DNA of 63,821 nt, counting the filler, from Rhabdomonas costata (lineage: Eukaryota), in the NCBI GenBank assembly GCA_019059605.1. It is 28 parts of 28 records of this genome, joined end to end, with 100 filler letters (N's around TTAATTAATTAA, not from the genome) between each part and the next. Parts side by side here need not be neighbours in the genome. Positions count along the whole stretch, not along the records: positions 13,701 to 15,884 come from JAHMHO010005012.1; positions 15,985 to 18,167 come from JAHMHO010005013.1; positions 18,268 to 20,450 come from JAHMHO010005014.1; positions 20,551 to 22,733 come from JAHMHO010005015.1; positions 22,834 to 25,016 come from JAHMHO010005016.1; positions 25,117 to 27,298 come from JAHMHO010005017.1; 22 more parts are not named here. One strand, given 5' to 3'. The notes beneath the pieces are model-generated. The model saw nothing but the letters and a program-made list of their open reading frames with translations, had not been told where the DNA came from and did no database searches. Positions 13,801 through 27,123 of the stretch are shown one piece after another. Position 1 is the first letter of the stretch. Each line of letters begins with the position of its first letter. The position numbers and the translations under genes are program-made.

Positions 13801-15283
13801 AGGTTGTCTATGGGTTATGAAGTGTTACAGTACCCCGGAAGCAGACTGTATGGGTCAGTTCAAGCCTGCATTCTGAGCGCGAGCTTTCAGCCCTACTTAA
13901 GAGTGCAACAACCTGCAATTAACGGATCTGTAATCTGACACGATGCTCCCTTTCGGGCTGAGCCAATGCGGGTTTTCAAGAATGACGAGGACCACTTATA
14001 GCTAGGCCGACTCTTTGGAGATGTCTAAATCTTGGCTGCAAAACTATACCCATGCTACAGAAACGGAGGTCTTTGTGTTGTTATGGTTTTGTGCGTGGGC
14101 CGGAGGGAGGAGGGCGTCCTCACCACAAACCACTGGTACTGTGGTCTCTGATCTTCATGCTGCGAGTAAGACGGTTTTTTTCTGGGGATTAGGACCCGAC
14201 GACGACGCAACTATCCTGCCTGAGAATCCTGCAGAGTCTCCGGAGGGTGCGCAGGTACGTCCCGCAGGCCCTTCTGCATCAGCTGCAGGCCAGTGGGGAT
14301 GAAACCAACGGCTCGGACGGCAGCCCTGAGGATGAGGGAGCCCCAATCAAGCCTGTCGAAACTCAGGTTTCTGGAGTTAAATTGTGTTGTCGGTGTGTGG
14401 GGGCCTCCAGCAGCACCCGTCCGGACCTGTGCACCTCGTCAGGAGTCACCGCGGGCATTGGGAGGGTTAGGACCCTTTTCTTCGGTTCAAATTCTTGTTT
14501 CATGCGATGGGCGACCAACCACACAGACCCAGGGGACCGGACCTGGAGCCGGTTAACTTAGCATGAACTAATGTTGGAATCACTTCCATTGAGATTTTGG
14601 TCCGATCTTAAACACAGACCGCCAGAAAAGGAGGGGTTCAAGCCGGCTACCCGTTGGGGCCTATACTTGGTGGCTGGTGGTGGGTGATCCGGGGCGATGC
14701 AGATTGCTCCAGATTCGAACAGCAGGCGGCATGGAGCAGCGGTACAACAGTCTAACTTCAGCAGCAAGACAGTGTGTTGGGGTGGGGGAGGACTGCGTAT
14801 TTACACAAGGCAGCTCTGATACTACCCGCGAGTTGTACATCTAACTTTGTCAATTGCAATCCATCAGAAGAAGTTTAACGTAGCTCAGGGAACCCCAACT
14901 CACATGTCGAACCGAGGGTTGAGCAGTGGGATAGGTCGGGATGGGGTGGTGGATATAAGCAGCTGGTTCATCCTTACTTAAAACAGTGTCACGGGACTTA
15001 AAACAGTCTCACATTTGGCAGGCAAGGTAGCCGTGTGGGGCTTATAAGGAAACCAAAGCCTGTCTTGGGTCAGCCGTAGATGGATTAAGAAAACAGAGGG
15101 AAGGTGCAGTGTCTGATGGTTGATTGGCACAAGCAAATGCATGTGCCAATAGCCGGTTCAAGCAGCCTGTTTAACCGACGGTGTCGCAGTAATGCATTAG
15201 TGGACGCTGAATAGGAGGGGTGGTGGTCACAGAACACACATCCGTGCACCTCACCCCCTGCGCTTTCCAAGCTGAGCAGCTGC

Positions 15284-15763
15284 ATGAACATGGCGGAGGC
15301 CTCCACGGAGGCTCCCTTTGGTCGCCCGCGCAGCAGTAGTGGCCTAGGGAATTCCGCCCGCAGCGGCAATGCCCAGACCGCACACCGCAACTCTCAGCCC
15401 GCGGTCCGTGGCGTTGGGGTCAGTGTGGCACGGGGCCCCGGCCAAAGCAGAAGCACGCTTTGCTATGCCCCTGGGACCGGTGCTCTGCGGGTGGTCCGCC
15501 GCGGGGTATGTTCGCGCCTGCGTTCCCCTTTAGCTCACCTGAGCGGCGATAGATTTCCCTACACCTGCGCCATGCGTACCGACCCGGCTGCGTCATGCTC
15601 GAAGTGAAATGCCCCTCCCCCCGTTAACGGGCAACGAATCCAGAATCCTGTTTGGCATTTCTCGCAGATGGCGGTGATGTTTGTGCGGCTGGTCAACTTT
15701 GGGGAGTTGATCCGCACCGGTGCTTCGGAGGCCATCGCAACATACAATTCGTTTGTCGAGGCG
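15284..15763 (+). CDS. Adenylate/guanylate cyclase-like protein, partial
   Basis: Exon ending 15505 (...ALRVVRRG, GTATGT donor) and exon 15668-15763 (MAVMFVRLVNFGELIR...ATYNSFVEA) resemble the first strand and helices of class III cyclases. The 5' boundary is uncertain. Confidence 0.45.
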
Positions 15764-16031
15764 GTGTGTTTTCCTTGTTTGGTATTGCATGCATTGCCAG
15801 TCCAGTTCCGTTGGTTAATGTGCACATGCGTGTTCGTGTGTGTGGTTTGGGAACTGGACTGGCAATGCATGCAAAACCACACACNNNNNNNNNNNNNNNN
15901 NNNNNNNNNNNNNNNNNNNNNNNNNNNNTTAATTAATTAANNNNNNNNNNNNNNNNNNNNNNNNNNNNNNNNNNNNNNNNNNNNTGGTGTGCACTGCGTT
16001 GTGGTAAGGGTTCGGGTGGTAGCCGCTCTCC

Positions 16032-17351
16032 ACGGTCAGCAAGCAGAAGCAAGACCAAGCCCGCTCCGCCCGAGAGAAGGTCGGAGAGCTCCGAAGGAAC
16101 ATCCGCCGCCTGAAGCTCGCCGCCACCGGGAAGAATGGCACGCTGTACCCCGACGCCCCGATGATCTTCCTGCTGCACTCTCCTCACAGCGAGGAGCACT
16201 ACCCCGCTCCCCATCCCGCGAACCCAGAGCTGCTCAGCCTAGTCCGCGAGCGCTTCGGGGGGGAGATCGCGACCCGCTCGGCGGGGTCGGAGGGCATGAG
16301 CCTGGACCGCGTGATGAAGATCCTCACCAGGCTCGATGACTGGGACTTCGATGTGCTCGGCCTGCACCGGGAGCTCGGAGGCAGTACGCTGTGTTTGACG
16401 ACCTACGCCTTGCTGCACAAGCACGGGTTGGTGAAGCAGTTCAACATCGACGAGAAGATCTTGGTGAACTTCCTCACGGTTGGCTCCATCTTCCGCCAAT
16501 TCTTCTTTTTGCCCCATGCGGAGGAGAGCATCTTTTTCGCTGACAATGCGCCTTTTTCGTCACCCCTTTAGGCCCTTGAGAGCGGGTACCACCCGAACCC
16601 TTACCACAACGCAGTGCACGCCGCGGACGTTCTGCAGATCATGCACTACATCATTGGGCCTGGTGGTTTGAAGCAGGTGAATTTTACTGGCAACCTTTCA
16701 CCTTTCCTCGCTCTCCCTAAAGAACGCTTTAAGACTCCGCCCTGTGGAGTGGAGAAAAGCACGTCCTTTGTTCGCTCTTCTCACCAGTGCGTGCCTGAGA
16801 GATCGTGGCGCTTTCCTTTGTGCTGCTTTGTTCAGGCTATCAACATGACCCCGCAGGACTGCCTGGCATGCCTGCTGTCGGCGGCGATTCACGACTATGA
16901 CCACCCGGTGTGCTTAGGCTACCCTGCCGAAGCTTTGGATCTATTGCTGAGGATCGCCTTTTTGCGTGGTGCGGTTTGATACCTTCGTGGCTTTGCAGGG
17001 CCTGAACAACCACTTCCACATCCGCACCAACGCCTACCTCTCCTTCCTGTACAATGAGCGCTCTATTTTGGAGAACCACCACCTGACCCAGGTGTTCGAG
17101 CTTTTCAAGAACCCGAAGTACAACATCTTTGCCACGCTGACCTTCGAGCAGTACAAGGACGTCCGTGACACGATGCTGGAAATTGTGCTGAACACGGACA
17201 TGGGCCTACACTGGAGGGTGTACCAGGCCTTTCGCCGGCGGGGGGCACGGATGCCCCGTGGACTTCGAAGGAGGACCAGAGAATGGCCATGTCCGTTGCG
17301 CTGAAGATGGCGGACATCAACAACAGCTGCCGCTCTGCCCCGATCTATGCG
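16032..17351 (+). CDS. Class I 3',5'-cyclic nucleotide phosphodiesterase, partial, with one frameshift
   Basis: Exons <16032-16478, 16572-16676, 16836-16907, 16999-17351, all GT-AG. Motifs WDFDV, NPYHNAVHAADV, AAIHDYDHP|GLNN, LYNERSILENHH, TDM, LKMADINN. Confidence 0.95.
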
Positions 17352-18530
17352 GTTTGCCACGCATCCTTCTCGTCCTTCTATTTCTCCTTCAAGTCATTTT
17401 GTGAGTTCAACTCCCTGTCTTGTCCCCTGGTGTGGTTTTTTCCGGTGTGGGTTCTGTTCCTGTTTTCTATTCGTGGGACCTTCGAGTTGAGTTCTTGAGA
17501 TGCGCAGAGATTGGTTTTTCAGTAGTTGAGGAGTTTGGTGAATTTGGGGGCAGACTTTCTTCAAGATTCAAGATTCAAGGCACCCAAAGAACGTGTTGAA
17601 ACCCGCCATGAACCACCCGGCTGTGGAGGAAGTGTTGCCAGCCGCTGTTGAGAGCGTGCAAACCGCATGTTAGGGACTCCACTCAAATCCCTGTCTTTAC
17701 GTGGAGCAAGATGACGGGTTTAATAGATAGTGTCGAAGTTTGCTTTTTGCGCGAATATCTGGTCCGGTATGGAAGGGGCGGTTGGTGTCTCTTCAGCAAG
17801 GGGCAGCATGAACGCTGTGAGTCATCCGCCGACGTTATCTTTACTCTGTTTCAACTCTGTATTGGCACAGACAGCCAGAGGTATGCGTGTGTGAAATGGG
17901 AATGGCTGGAATGGACTGGAGCGAGAAACGGAAAGAGAACGACCCGGAATGGGCAGTGGAGACCAGGGAGGGGAGCGACCACGGCGACCAGACCAAGCAG
18001 GTGGGAAGGAGCGCGGGGGAGTGAAGGGAAGCACACAGACAAAAGGAGTACAGGCAATGATATCGGTTAGTGCCGCACACTGAGGCGGGACCCAGGCTTA
18101 CGTCAAGGCGTAAGGGGGACGTGCAGGCCAACCGGAGAGTACCCAAAACCCCACACACACCCACCACNNNNNNNNNNNNNNNNNNNNNNNNNNNNNNNNN
18201 NNNNNNNNNNNTTAATTAATTAANNNNNNNNNNNNNNNNNNNNNNNNNNNNNNNNNNNNNNNNNNNNTGTGTTTGGTCAATGCAACCGTGCAGCACAACA
18301 AAAGAACAAGGACAGCGGCCAGTAAGAAAAAGCAGGCAGCAGGGCAGCTGGCACGAAATCACAAAGAGCACCACACCCTCGAGTCACAGACATCACTAAT
18401 TCCACCAAAGGTACAGGAAGAAACCTAAGTTCTTCACTGAACACCTGAACGGATGCGGTGAAAAGGGACAAAGGCAGAACAAATAGCCTCAGATGCTGCG
18501 ATCTGCAAACAGAGACAGAGGTAGAGAGAC

Positions 18531-19926
18531 CTGGCGTAGGAGATGTACCGAGTAAGCACGGGAAGAGGGATGACCTCTTCCCCGTCCTGAAGTACCGTGG
18601 CAGAGCTCCGTGGGCTCTGCTGCTGCTCCGGAGCGGAAGGAGACCCCCGTTGGCTCCCTCGCCGCGCCCGGCCCCGTCCTCGTCCCCGACTCCCGCTTCC
18701 AGGCGAGTGAGGCTCGCTAAAGCACACACATAAGCATACACGCATAAAAACTTTTAGAGAGCGACAATGGACCCACACTTGGGTGTGCCACCGCCCAGCG
18801 GGGTCCCATCAGGGGAGTTGGTGGGAACGCCCTGCGGGGTAAGCACATTGAGTAGACTCACCGTTTGAACCGGTAGGAGGATGACATTGACACTCGAGAA
18901 CGGGCGAGCGATTCCCGAGCCAGTTCCTCAACATGTGGATGCATACACACAGACACCCCAACGAGGGCGGGAGATACGGAAAGCCCGAAGCAAATGCGGA
19001 TGCCAACGCCATCATGACGTGAACACGAACAAAGCCGCAGAGAAGCTAGGTATGTACCCTGCAAACTCCAGGAGCATAGCTCCGCACTTGTGTTGTCGTG
19101 CTGCAGCCCACAACAGTCCAGGGCAGGAGAGCTATATCTAGGCCCAACCTTTTGTCCAATTGGCCCCAGTTCACACAGTTCACAGGGTTCTATATACTTC
19201 CTCCATCCGAGATCCGAGGACCAGGCCAATAAACACACACAGTTCCCTAACAGTTGCCAAACACGTAGTTTTGCGGAGTTCCTGTTTGACAGGGACGTTC
19301 CACACTGTGCACCTGTCCGCGGGCGCGCTCTGCCCAGGCTCGAGGTAGAGGTTTACGATGTGAGAGGCCAGGTAGGAGTCCACCTTCTCGTCCACCCGGT
19401 CGATCAGGACGTAAATCAGGTCAAACCTGTGGGCGTCCCACATGCCGAGCCCCCACCAGGCAAACGGAGGGAGAGGGGTAAAACGGACTTTTGCGGAGTC
19501 TGCAAATCGTTCTTGTAGTTGAATAAAAACTGCTTTGATGAATGTAACGATGATGTTTTGCCACCCATCTCAGCAATGCGGTGAGATACCGTGAGACCAG
19601 CGTGGGCTCCAGCTTGAGATTTTCCACAAGACTCAGCTCCCTGTTCCACTTGCTCTCGGAGGGATTCGCAGCTGTGACCGCAATACACACACATGCATCA
19701 CACATGCAAATCGACACTGAAAGACAGCTGACCTGAATTTTATCTGCCGACGCGGACGCGCTTAAATGAACAAAAACCATAAAAAACCACGCCCATCAGC
19801 AGGATTATATACAAAGGCTCGGGCAAGGAAGCAGAGAGTGCGTACAGGCACACCCGCCAGCAGGGAGGTGCGGGCGTTGAGGGTGGCAATGATTCCGGCC
19901 TTCGCAATGCTCACTGTCTGCTGTTC
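18531..19926 (-). CDS. MCM4: MCM replicative helicase subunit, most like MCM4, partial, 4 exons
   Basis: Exons 19926-19854, 19671-19590, 19426-19313, 18716-18531 (GT-AG): [28 protein letters not shown]...LVSRFDLIY...LASHIVNLY...LTRYISYAR. Confidence 0.88.
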
Positions 19927-20744
19927 CTGAGAGAATGAGGGAGAGTCCCTCAAACATTTTTGAAATCTGCATCGGGGTGTGGCATTCATGCCCTTCGTGG
20001 GGAACATGACACTTGCCAGCCTCCGGCAAGAAGCGGTGACAGCCAGATAGCTCGCTTTGTTTTCAGGGGTCCTTTCCTGTGATGGCTGCTCTTTCGTCTC
20101 ACCCGAAACCAACAGCAAAAGGGGACATCTTCTGTAGCCACAAAACCTGCACATGACAAGCAGTGTGGGACAGCGTCACGTGCCGGTTTCTGTCCCCGGT
20201 GCACACAAATGATTGTACAAGACACAGAGATCACCCCCTCCCCACCCTTCCATCTGGAGGGTCCGTGCGGGCCACGCCTTCTTTTGAGACGCAGAGCTCT
20301 TCATGAGCCACTAACTCGGGCAGAGGGATGTTGGCAGTAGACACGACACTGCTTCTGCCCTGCCGTTGCATTTGCGAAGCCATTGAATTTTTCAAGGGGC
20401 ATGCAAGAGAATTAATAAATCAGTCCAAGAATACTGTCTTGCTCATATGTNNNNNNNNNNNNNNNNNNNNNNNNNNNNNNNNNNNNNNNNNNNNTTAATT
20501 AATTAANNNNNNNNNNNNNNNNNNNNNNNNNNNNNNNNNNNNNNNNNNNNTGTGGTTTTTACTGGCATCTGCGTGGGAAGCAGTGAGGAAGTCGTGTATT
20601 GGCAGCTGCTTCCCACGCAGACGCCAATACACGACTTCCTCACTGCTTCCCACGCAGATGCCAGTACAAACGACTTCTTCACTTCCTTCTTTCCTACTTG
20701 CTCTCTACTATTTCCGTTCCAATCCAAGAACAAAGGTGTCGCAC

Positions 20745-21768
20745 CTCGGGGCAGGGGATGGCACCACCAGGGTGTACGCCAGAATCGACAGAAAGGGGTT
20801 CGCCCGGATATCGGGGAATAGGCAGAGGGCATCCACGATCCGGCTGTAGTTCAGCCCAGCGGTCGAGCCAGGCAAGCTGAGCAAGCCGCTGCCCTTCAGG
20901 CGGTAGGACAGCGTGAGGAGGGTGCTTTCGGAGGGGTCGATGAGATCCATGAACGCGCTCTGCGTGCTGAGCATCATCGAATTGCGCAGCTTCACCGTCA
21001 CCCCCTGAAAGACGACAATGGCGGTGCCGCGGCAAAAGATAAATCTAATAAATCTACTGGTGGCAAGAGAACACCACACCGAATTAAAGGAGCTGAGTAC
21101 CCGTTCGCAGATCTGTACAACGGTCACAGCCGTCAAGGCGAGAAAAACCCGTTTTGATGCGTGTTTCATCGCTTTCTGCTTTCTGCTTTCTGCTTTCTCA
21201 TTTAAAACGCGTTCAAGGAATAAAAATGGCCTCTTTTTGAATGCAAACAACGCAGAGTCACACGTTCTTTACGAACCGCATAAGGTAGATCCAATGACTT
21301 GCGAAAGCCCGAAATGCTGATCCAAAGGACAACCACAAACAACCACCAACAAATTAGTCCAGGAGACGAATAAAAGTGCTCCTTTCGATACACCAGAATC
21401 GAATGCACACTCGAACACACATCTTTGAACTCATGTACGCGAAATGGAAAAACACGCAAAAGAAGGTAAACACATAGAGGAATGCGGCGCACCTCTACCG
21501 AGCTCTGGCCCAGGTTGTTGATGCTGCTGATGCCGCTGTTCCCCGTCTGCCACGTCACCAGCCACATCGACACCGCGGGCCCCACCGTAAACACGCACAT
21601 GAACACCACAATCACCAGCTTCAGGGGCATCTTCCAGCCTCTACCCTGCAACCCACCGGAGTCCTCTCGTCGCAGCCCAGCAGTGCTGATGCTGCGGCGA
21701 GGGGAGCTGGGCAGGATCCGTGGCGTGCTAAGAGGGAGGCTTGCGCGTCCCCGCGAGGAGATAGGCAT
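20745..21768 (-). CDS. N-terminus of a membrane receptor-like protein (one TM helix plus probable extracellular domain)
   Basis: Exons 21768-21493 and 21004-20745, in phase and GT-AG; hydrophobic LVIVVFMCVFTVGPAVSMWLVTW segment. The layout recalls receptor-type cyclases but no catalytic domain is visible. Confidence 0.6.
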
Positions 21769-23536
21769 GAGATGGAGAGCCCGGAATTTCTGGGTGGGGT
21801 GGGGGACCGCTGAAAGAACAAAAGCCACACAAACAAAGAAGCTCCCCTGCCAAAAAGAGAGAATGGAATTGCACGAGACATTTCTTGTTTCTATATGCAG
21901 GTTCATGTGCCGCTGAAGTCCTCATGTTCTGCCCTTCGCCCTGTGGTTGTGGAAGACCTAAAACGCAACAACCACAAAGTAAATAAAAAGTCTAAAACAC
22001 CTCTGATTAGCCTGACCATGCAGAACGTCGAAGGTCCAACTCAGCTCTACACTCTCCTCTGCAAGACTGTGAGCCTCATTAGCTCAAACAGATTCCGAGC
22101 CGAAACATATGTACACAATAAAAGGCATCACCCTGAAAACGCTCCGCGGGATGTTCTTTTTAAACAATTACAAACGCTGTTCTTTCTGTCAACGTTGTGC
22201 GGTGTCGAAGTAGTTTATTAGTCTGTCTTTCTTTCTAATTCACCTCCTTCTCGCCCACTGCAATTTATGCTCATGATTTGCTTTCTTTCTGCGCTCCTTG
22301 CTCCGTGTGCCGTGAAAATGGACAATGGTCCCAGCGAAAACAAGTCACCGTTCAGCACCGTGACCACAACGCCACAAAGCAGCACTTGATTTCGCAGGGG
22401 TTCCAAAACCATTTCCCCACCAATTCTTCGTACAACCGAAAAAATAAATTAGCGCTGAAGGCACCATAGGTGTAAGCTTCACGTCGCCTTCTACAGGGCA
22501 GCGGCAAGCGAGCGAATGGAAACCCCCCGATGCTGTCTGCGGGTCGCGTCCCGTTGCACTGCTAGTTTCGCCACGAGGATAGAAAAAAGACCACCGTCGT
22601 GGCCCACTCACGAGGTGTCGTGAGAGAGCAAGATTTTGTACTTTGCCTCTCGGGGGACCTGGTGCACCAGCACTTTGCCGTTGTACGACACGCTGGCGAA
22701 GACCCACGGCGAGCACGCGCTCCACCCCACACANNNNNNNNNNNNNNNNNNNNNNNNNNNNNNNNNNNNNNNNNNNNTTAATTAATTAANNNNNNNNNNN
22801 NNNNNNNNNNNNNNNNNNNNNNNNNNNNNNNNNGGTGGGTTGGGAATCTTTGACTTAAAAATGTCGTTGTAAACCATGCATTATAGTAAATTTTGGTATT
22901 TTTGGGTTTTTTTGAAGTAATCGACGAGTTTTTTGACCGTTTTTTTTTCCACTCCGCATAATTTGATGATTTCCAGTCGATTTAAATAACTAACAAGCGT
23001 TTTTAAGTTTGTAAAAGTTTTTTAATAGTCATTTTGTTTCTGCGATAGATTTACAAGAACAAAGTTTTTACAATTGCTGCTCAGCATTTGCATGTGTCAA
23101 TTTTTTCAGGTGTAATTGGTTTTCATTCACAGAAAAATTGAGCTCTTGTGTCTTTATGAGGTATAAATTTTACTTATTAACTTCTGCGCATCTCTTCCAT
23201 GAAAAACACCTAAAATATGCTTCACACGATCCAGGATGAAGGTGCACTGATCTGCTATCTGCTGGATCTCATCTTGGACAAAACCAACGACGTTGTGGAA
23301 CCATGTTCAGGTGCGCAATTTTCTCATATTTCTAATGAATTTAGAATCATTGTTGTAAAACTTATGGTAAAATCAAATTGTCTTATTCAGTAACACAGAT
23401 GTGTGCTGCTGGAAACCGCATACATTTTTACTTTGCCGTGTTTTTGCTGCTCTGCCAAACCTATTGCATGTGTTTGTGAAGGTTGACTGGAACGTTTTTG
23501 GGTTTGCATGCGTGCACATTGAAGTGTAGTTTGGGT

Positions 23537-23750
23537 TTTGAAAATTTTCTAAAACTCCCACCCGCACTGGATGGCATCGGGGGGACCCTGCCCCAGCCGG
23601 CTTCCCCAGTGCGGAAGACTCCGAGGGTGCCTGGGACAAGCGAAAAGGCCCGAGTCCACCTCAAGGGTTCACGGAACTCCCTTGAGGGTTTGGGACAAGC
23701 TGGAGTAGTGAAAGAGTCCGACTTCTCGGAGTTTTGCAAAATTTTTGAAA
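23537..23750. mobile_element. MITE-like GC-rich insert in an AT-rich contig
   Basis: TTTGAAAATTTTCTAAAACTCC (23537-23558) is an imperfect inverted match to GGAGTTTTGCAAAATTTTTGAAA (23728-23750). Confidence 0.45.
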
Positions 23751-24551
23751 AAAGTCAACTTATCGATCTTAGAACATTAGTTTAGTTCACACTGTCTGTC
23801 AGTTGTGTTCTTTACAGGGACCTTCAGGTGCAGTGCTTTCTTTGCATGCGCGTTTTAAGTACTTATGAAACGCATGCTACACGCTCAGATTTTGATATTT
23901 TTGCCACATCATTGGAATTTTCAATTTTACTGCATAAACTTTAAAATGTTGTACTCGATTTGCTGCAATTCTGCAGAATTATACAAAGATAATATATTTT
24001 ACCAATGCAATTCAGTCTTTGCACTTTGACTACACGATGAGCTTCAACGTGAGGAACATCATTCTTCCAGAGCAAATGTTTGATCAAATTCCGCGTTTGT
24101 ACTGCATTTCTTGGTTTCAGACCATTGTTCTGTACATACCTGTCTTTGCTGGAGTATCAAGCTTGCTATGTGCGAGTGCATTTGTTTTTCCAAGGCATCA
24201 TCAAGACAAAATGGATTGGAGAATAAGGTCTTTTTTATGTAAGTAAAAAATCTTCCTCAAACTGTACCTCTCAATATCTGATCTTTGTAACATATGTCCG
24301 TCATGATTGGCGTTATTGAGGAAGACCCATTTCTCAAAAATAACACCGCAAATTACAATTTGTTTTAAATATGTGACAATGACTGCATATTTGAAACAAT
24401 GTGGCTAATACGTCTTTAAATTGGCCAATATCAAGTAATGCATATGAACTGTGCACACAAGTTTGCTTTATTCTCATTTAATTGGGATATTGTTTTGACA
24501 TTTTATTTACTTTGTTTGCAGCGCTCCATCTGCAGCGGTTTTTGTTACAAA

Positions 24552-25016
24552 ATGCCTCCAAAGACGAAATCAGCAAGGCCACGCCAGCAGTTTTCAGCGG
24601 AGTCACAATTCTTGGCTCACCTGGAACATCTTTGTGGAAAAACCTTCCGTACGCTGATTGAGGCAGTTAATCTTTTCAACCAGACTGGTTGGATGGCATC
24701 AAGATCTTTACAGCTTGGAGTTTCAACAAAGGAGCTTTGGGAGGAACTTTGTGAAGCAGCAGGTTCAACAGGTCTTCCGAAAAAACTCCGCGACATTTCA
24801 GTGGAATTCTTTCGACGTGTACACCCACCCGAAGAGAGCTCGGAGTTCCAGAATTCTTCAGGTAAGAGAAGGAGCAGATCGAGTTCAAAAAAAGACCCAG
24901 GTCCCAAGTGCAACAAAAAAAGCAAGCGTGGTAACAAAAGTGGAAAACAAAAGCGCTCGCGTAGAAAGCCATCTGGTCCAGAAGTTGATCCTTCGTGTAC
25001 ACCAAGCAATGAGGAA
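24552..25016 (+). CDS. Hypothetical basic protein, 3'-truncated
   Basis: Uninterrupted ~155-codon ORF MPPKTKSAR... preceded by a pyrimidine tract and CAG; K/R/S-rich tail; AT-rich codon use unlike the host genes. Confidence 0.45.
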
Positions 25017-25888
25017 NNNNNNNNNNNNNNNNNNNNNNNNNNNNNNNNNNNNNNNNNNNNTTAATTAATTAANNNNNNNNNNNNNNNNNNNNNNNNNNNN
25101 NNNNNNNNNNNNNNNNGTTTGGGGAACCGTGTACCCAATCTATGACTTCGTAGGTACGGTCAAAGTCGAAATGTCTTAGAATATTACCGAACCGACTTTT
25201 TACTCGTTCACAGTTAGATTTTCTAGTTTTTCTTTCGTTCGCGACGAATATCCGATGATATAGTTGCGAACTGTGTGAACTTGGGTGACAATATCTACCA
25301 GTAGGGTGGTGCTTAGTGTAATTGGGTTTCCAGACGAACCCCTTTCTCTCTCCCGCTGGTGTCGTCGCAGGCTTTTCATGGGCTCCGAGAAATTCCCCTC
25401 GGAAGATGAGGTGTGTGCGCCTTCGCTCTGCGTGCAAGTGCGCTTGCAATTCCCTATCTTGATTGATGAAGGCTCCCCAGTGTCATCCGAGCAATTACGC
25501 TGCGCATGAAGGCTGATGGTTTATGGGTATGCATTTAATGCTAATCTACTGCTTCTGGTGCTGAGCAGAACAGTGACAGGCCCAGCAACACTGATCTCTT
25601 CTCCCCCTCCTTTTTATACGCAATGTTGATGCGAGTTGAAGTCGAACTTTATCCGCAGATCACAGATGTTGTCGTGTTCCTTAGCTCCAGCCTTGGGAAT
25701 CTTTTTATGAATGGTGGAAGGTGTAATGTCACTGGGCTGCAGTACATATTTGCCCCATATCTGCGTTACGGAGGGGGGGGGGGTTATTATACTGGGACTC
25801 AGAGAGAGCTGAAAGGCGGAAAGCAGTGATCCGAAGATGGAATGCCCAATGCAAAATGCGCAATTTTGATGGGGTTTGCCCTTCACAG

Positions 25889-27123
25889 TACTTCGAGTTC
25901 ATCAGCGGTCACGGCGGCGGCTCCAACGCTTACACCGACGACCAGCACACCAACTTCTACTTCACCGTTCAGCCCCAGGACCTGGAGCCTGCTCTGGCCA
26001 GATTCTCGCAGTTCTTTGTGGCGCCCCTGCTCAGCCCAGATGCCGTGGATCGGGAGATGCATGCCGTGGACAACGAGCACCGCAAGAACCTCCAGAGTGA
26101 TGGGTGGAGGGTGGACCAGCTGATTCGTTCCTGCGCCGCGCCGGGCAGCGCGTTCAACCACTTTGGCACAGGGGACTTGACGACCTTGAACAAGCCCGAC
26201 ATTCACAAAAAGTTGACCTATCCCTTCCTTTAGCTTTCCGCCCGCACCGTCGTTAGATCACTTTTTGGAGAGCTGGGAAGTTTCGAGAAGTTTCTAGACG
26301 AGCAGTTGTTCATCATTGTGCAATTGCTCGTCCACGATATGGATTCTAGGAGTTCCCAACTTTTCCTCTCCTTGTGTCCCCCGGCCCGATTCAGCCAACA
26401 AGGAGGAGGATGCAACATGGCCAAGATTTGGACACGGGTCATCCCGTTCAGGTTGTGGACCCTTGGGCAGGTTTGCGGAACAGCCAAAATGAACAAATTT
26501 GGAACGTATCGGTGTTGGTATGGTGGAAAACCACCTGGCCACCTGTGGCCAAATTATTCTTTCTTTATTTAGCCTCTCCGCTCTGCTTCCTGGCCAAGAG
26601 AACTTTTTGTGTTGTGCTGCTGATTGCACCTTTGAACGAAAGGAATGTTTTTGCTCCCCAAAACCCTCGAATTTACTTTATTTTTCAAATGTGGTTGCAC
26701 ACACGCATACCCACATCAGCTCTCGCCAGAACTCGTGGTTGTTGTACGCCGATAGTATTAGTTCACGCTCAGGGGCCCGTTCCCACCGCCACCCCCGTCT
26801 TCTCCACAAACAGGTTGCTGGCCTTCTACAAGGCCCACTACACTACCGGCTCCCGAATGCGCCTGGTAATTCTGGGCAGCCAGCCTCTCGACACCCTGCA
26901 GGGATGGGCCGAGCGCCACTTCTCCGCTGTCCCCGCAGGCAGTGATTATCGGGAGGTGGGTGGCGCTGGCCACAAAACGAGTCCCACTGCCGCTTCCGCT
27001 CCTGCCACTGCTGCAGTTGAAGACCACACAACGGACTCCACCGACTTCGCGAAGCGCAGGCTGCGGTGGAGCCTTACGATACCCCCGCCCTTTGGGGCAG
27101 GGAGAACTTCCCGATGGTTTCTA
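25889..27123 (+). CDS. Insulysin/pitrilysin-like M16A metallopeptidase, partial
   Basis: Exons 25889-26211 and 26814-~27123: HGGGSNAYT...TNFYF...RFSQFFVAPL...DREMHAVDNEH...FGTGDLTTL...K|LLAFYKAHY...MRLVILGSQPLDTL. Confidence 0.92.
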
